A DNA stretch of 64,000 bases from a virus: positions 96,001-160,000 of the IMG/VR virus record IMGVR_UViG_3300027806_000001; one strand, 5' to 3'. Shown piece by piece: positions 62,101 through 64,000 of the stretch. Numbering within the stretch: the stretch's first letter is position 1; each line of letters begins with the position of its first letter. A program made the translations under genes and the position numbers. The notes below the pieces were generated by a model, which was not told where the DNA came from, ran no database searches, and saw only the letters and a list, made by a program, of their open reading frames with translations.

Positions 62101-63536
62101 CCCAGGTTGCTCCTCACCACGTCGTCGTACCACGGCGCCTCGGCCTTCGGGGCCCTGGACCGGGATCCCTCGACCTTCATGGTCTCCGTGTTGATGTCCC
62201 TCTCGTCGACGGTGCGCCACACCGAGTGGGCGCCGTCCATCTGGATCAGCATGTCCCTGAAGGGCTCGCCGTTGCGGATCTTCGGGGCGTTGATCCAGGC
62301 CAGGTGGCTCTCCTTGTCGCGGTTGCCGACGCAGATCACGGTGTCCATGTAGTGGTGCAGGGTCCTGCACATGAACGCGTCCGTGGGCTGCGGCTTGTTG
62401 CGGGGACCCTTGGCCGAGGCCTCGGTGCCCAGCTGGTGGAACAGGAACATGTTGACCTTGAGGGCGTCCCCGGTCTTGCGGAGGTCGTCGGCGATGCGGT
62501 TCATCGTCTTCGTGGTCTCCGCCTCCGGGATGTTCCTGGCGGCCATGAAGTTGTTGGTCATGGGGCCCAGCCAGTCGATGCCGATGTACTCGGGGTTGAA
62601 CCCGTCGTCCTGCGACCGCTTGACGATGTCCGCGATCTCGGCGGCCCCTCCGCAGCCGCCTCCGTGGGTCCTGGCGGCCTCGAGCTGGTCGACGATCCGG
62701 ATGCGGCCCCTGAGCTTGCCCTTGATCTCGTCGTACTTCGCGCGCATGGCGCCGTCGGCTCCGAACTCGCCCGGGCCTATGCCCTGGAACGCGCCGACGG
62801 CGTAGCCCATGGCGCAGGCGTAGATGCGGTTCGTGATGCCCGGGGTGGCCCCCTGCTCGTACGTGATGATCAGGCTCTTCCGGCCGATCAGGGCCGTCGT
62901 GGTCGCGATCTGCACGTTGGTCAGGGTCTTGCCGCCGCCGGACGGGGCGAGGAACAGCGCGGTCTCGCCTGGGATCGCCCCGCCGCTGGTCACCCTGTCG
63001 ATGTAGTCCACGCCCCACGGGGTGCGCTTCAGCGCGGACAGCAGCGGCTCGTCCCCGGCGAACGGGTCGATGAAGGCCGCCTTGCTGATCGACGCCTTGG
63101 CGATCTCCCGGTTCAGGTCCGAGATCTGCCCGATCAGGTCCGGGCTGTCCGACAGCGCCGTGGCCATGGGCCGGATCTTCCTGTCCAGTATGAACCTGGC
63201 CAGGCAGTCCAGCACGTGGCCCTGGAGGTCGTCCAGCGGGCCCTGGTGGTCGAAGTAGACCCACCTGACCAGGTCGCAGAAGGCCATGGCGTCGTCCTCC
63301 CTCACCGAGCCCGACATCACGAAGTCGTTCTCGAAGGTCGAGACCAGCACCTGGTACGGCATCTCCTTCGCGCAGGACAGGTGCCACTTCTTGCCCATGA
63401 CGAACGACAGCCTCAGGGCCACCTCGGGGCGCAGGAAGTCCTTCTCGTCCAGCTTCTGCATGGCCGTGGCCATGACCTCCGGCATCCTCAGGAAACCGAG
63501 GGCCAGCCATCTGACGTCAAGATTCGCGGTGTTCAC
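62097..63536 (-). CDS. DnaB-like replicative helicase
   Basis: APSGGGKT Walker A, IITYEQ, IGIDWL, FHQL. Confidence 0.85.
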   Translation of the reverse strand: MNTANLDVRWLALGFLRMPEVMATAMQKLDEKDFLRPEVALRLSFVMGKKWHLSCAKEMPYQVLVSTFENDFVMSGSVREDDAMAFCDLVRWVYFDHQGPLDDLQGHVLDCLARFILDRKIRPMATALSDSPDLIGQISDLNREIAKASISKAAFIDPFAGDEPLLSALKRTPWGVDYIDRVTSGGAIPGETALFLAPSGGGKTLTNVQIATTTALIGRKSLIITYEQGATPGITNRIYACAMGYAVGAFQGIGPGEFGADGAMRAKYDEIKGKLRGRIRIVDQLEAARTHGGGCGGAAEIADIVKRSQDDGFNPEYIGIDWLGPMTNNFMAARNIPEAETTKTMNRIADDLRKTGDALKVNMFLFHQLGTEASAKGPRNKPQPTDAFMCRTLHHYMDTVICVGNRDKESHLAWINAPKIRNGEPFRDMLIQMDGAHSVWRTVDERDINTETMKVEGSRSRAPKAEAPWYDDVVRSNLG

Positions 63537-64000
63537 GCCTTGCTCCTTCGAATACCTCCGGGGGAACCACTTCCGAGAAACAGGCCTGGTAGACCGGGTT
63601 CCAGTACGCCTGCCTGCGCGCCTGCACGAGCACCTCCGGCGGCAGCTCCCCGGTCCTGCCGGAGAGCGACGCCATCGAGTACACGAACACCGGATCGAAG
63701 CAGTGCACAGGATCCAGCAGCGCGCGCAGCTGGTCCTCGCCGGCCGAGACGAGGAGGTCCAGCTTGGAGGACATGAGGGCCAGGGCCTGCGCCACCTGCA
63801 GCCGGCGCACGTCCGGGGCGCCCTCGGCCCCGTACTTGTCGAGCATCTTCTCGTCGGCGAACTTGGCCGGGGTCGGGTACCCCGGGAACTCGACGTGGAA
63901 CCTCCACTCGACGTAGCACCGCGGGTCGAACCCCCTGACCCTGCAGTGCGCCGCCACCTTCCTCCAGTGGGGGTCCGTCTTGACGGATCCCAGCGAGGCG
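63517..64000 (-). CDS. Hypothetical protein, 5' end outside the window
   Basis: Frame remains open to the window edge. Confidence 0.55.
   Translation of the reverse strand, partial: ASLGSVKTDPHWRKVAAHCRVRGFDPRCYVEWRFHVEFPGYPTPAKFADEKMLDKYGAEGAPDVRRLQVAQALALMSSKLDLLVSAGEDQLRALLDPVHCFDPVFVYSMASLSGRTGELPPEVLVQARRQAYWNPVYQACFSEVVPPEVFEGARREHRES

Noticed and set aside
61006-63510. 834-aa primase-helicase fusion suggested by the ORF track
   Set aside because: The upstream half is an out-of-frame overlap of the helicase gene; primase begins at 62100 with an ATGA overlap.
130-64000. Many long plus-strand ORFs (e.g. 216-2111, 26412-28613, 44124-46673, 56940-59948)
   Set aside because: Antisense shadows of real minus-strand genes in GC-rich DNA; L/G/V/A/H-rich translations with no motifs. 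Only 7878-8591 is accepted on the plus strand.

Overview
A 64 kb slice of a large, GC-rich tailed dsDNA phage (jumbo-like), with almost all real genes on the minus strand. Layout: (1) 1-8.6 kb, a phage-encoded RNA polymerase beta-like subunit (partial) and a cluster of probable virion proteins sharing K-x-A motifs; (2) 8.6-16.9 kb, a translationally coupled accessory array with ten paralogous ~100-aa (Gly-X)n ORFs and other duplicated modules; (3) 17-26 kb, short transcription units under a repeated GCTAAA-N18-(-10) promoter, including an i-type-lysozyme-like protein, a tRNA(CAU) split by an Azoarcus-like group I intron with an HNH endonuclease, a ~510-nt highly structured non-coding RNA candidate and a metallophosphoesterase; (4) 26-48 kb, probable portal, ankyrin protein, MoxR-type AAA+/VWA pair, Acb2-like anti-CBASS protein, RuvC-like resolvase, GroES and a lipoprotein; (5) 48-64 kb, tail-fibre-like protein, dATP/dGTP diphosphohydrolase-like protein, RecA-like recombinase, probable SSB, UDG-PolA fusion, ClpS-like protein, primase and DnaB-like helicase. 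All product calls come from motif recognition by eye; no database search was run.
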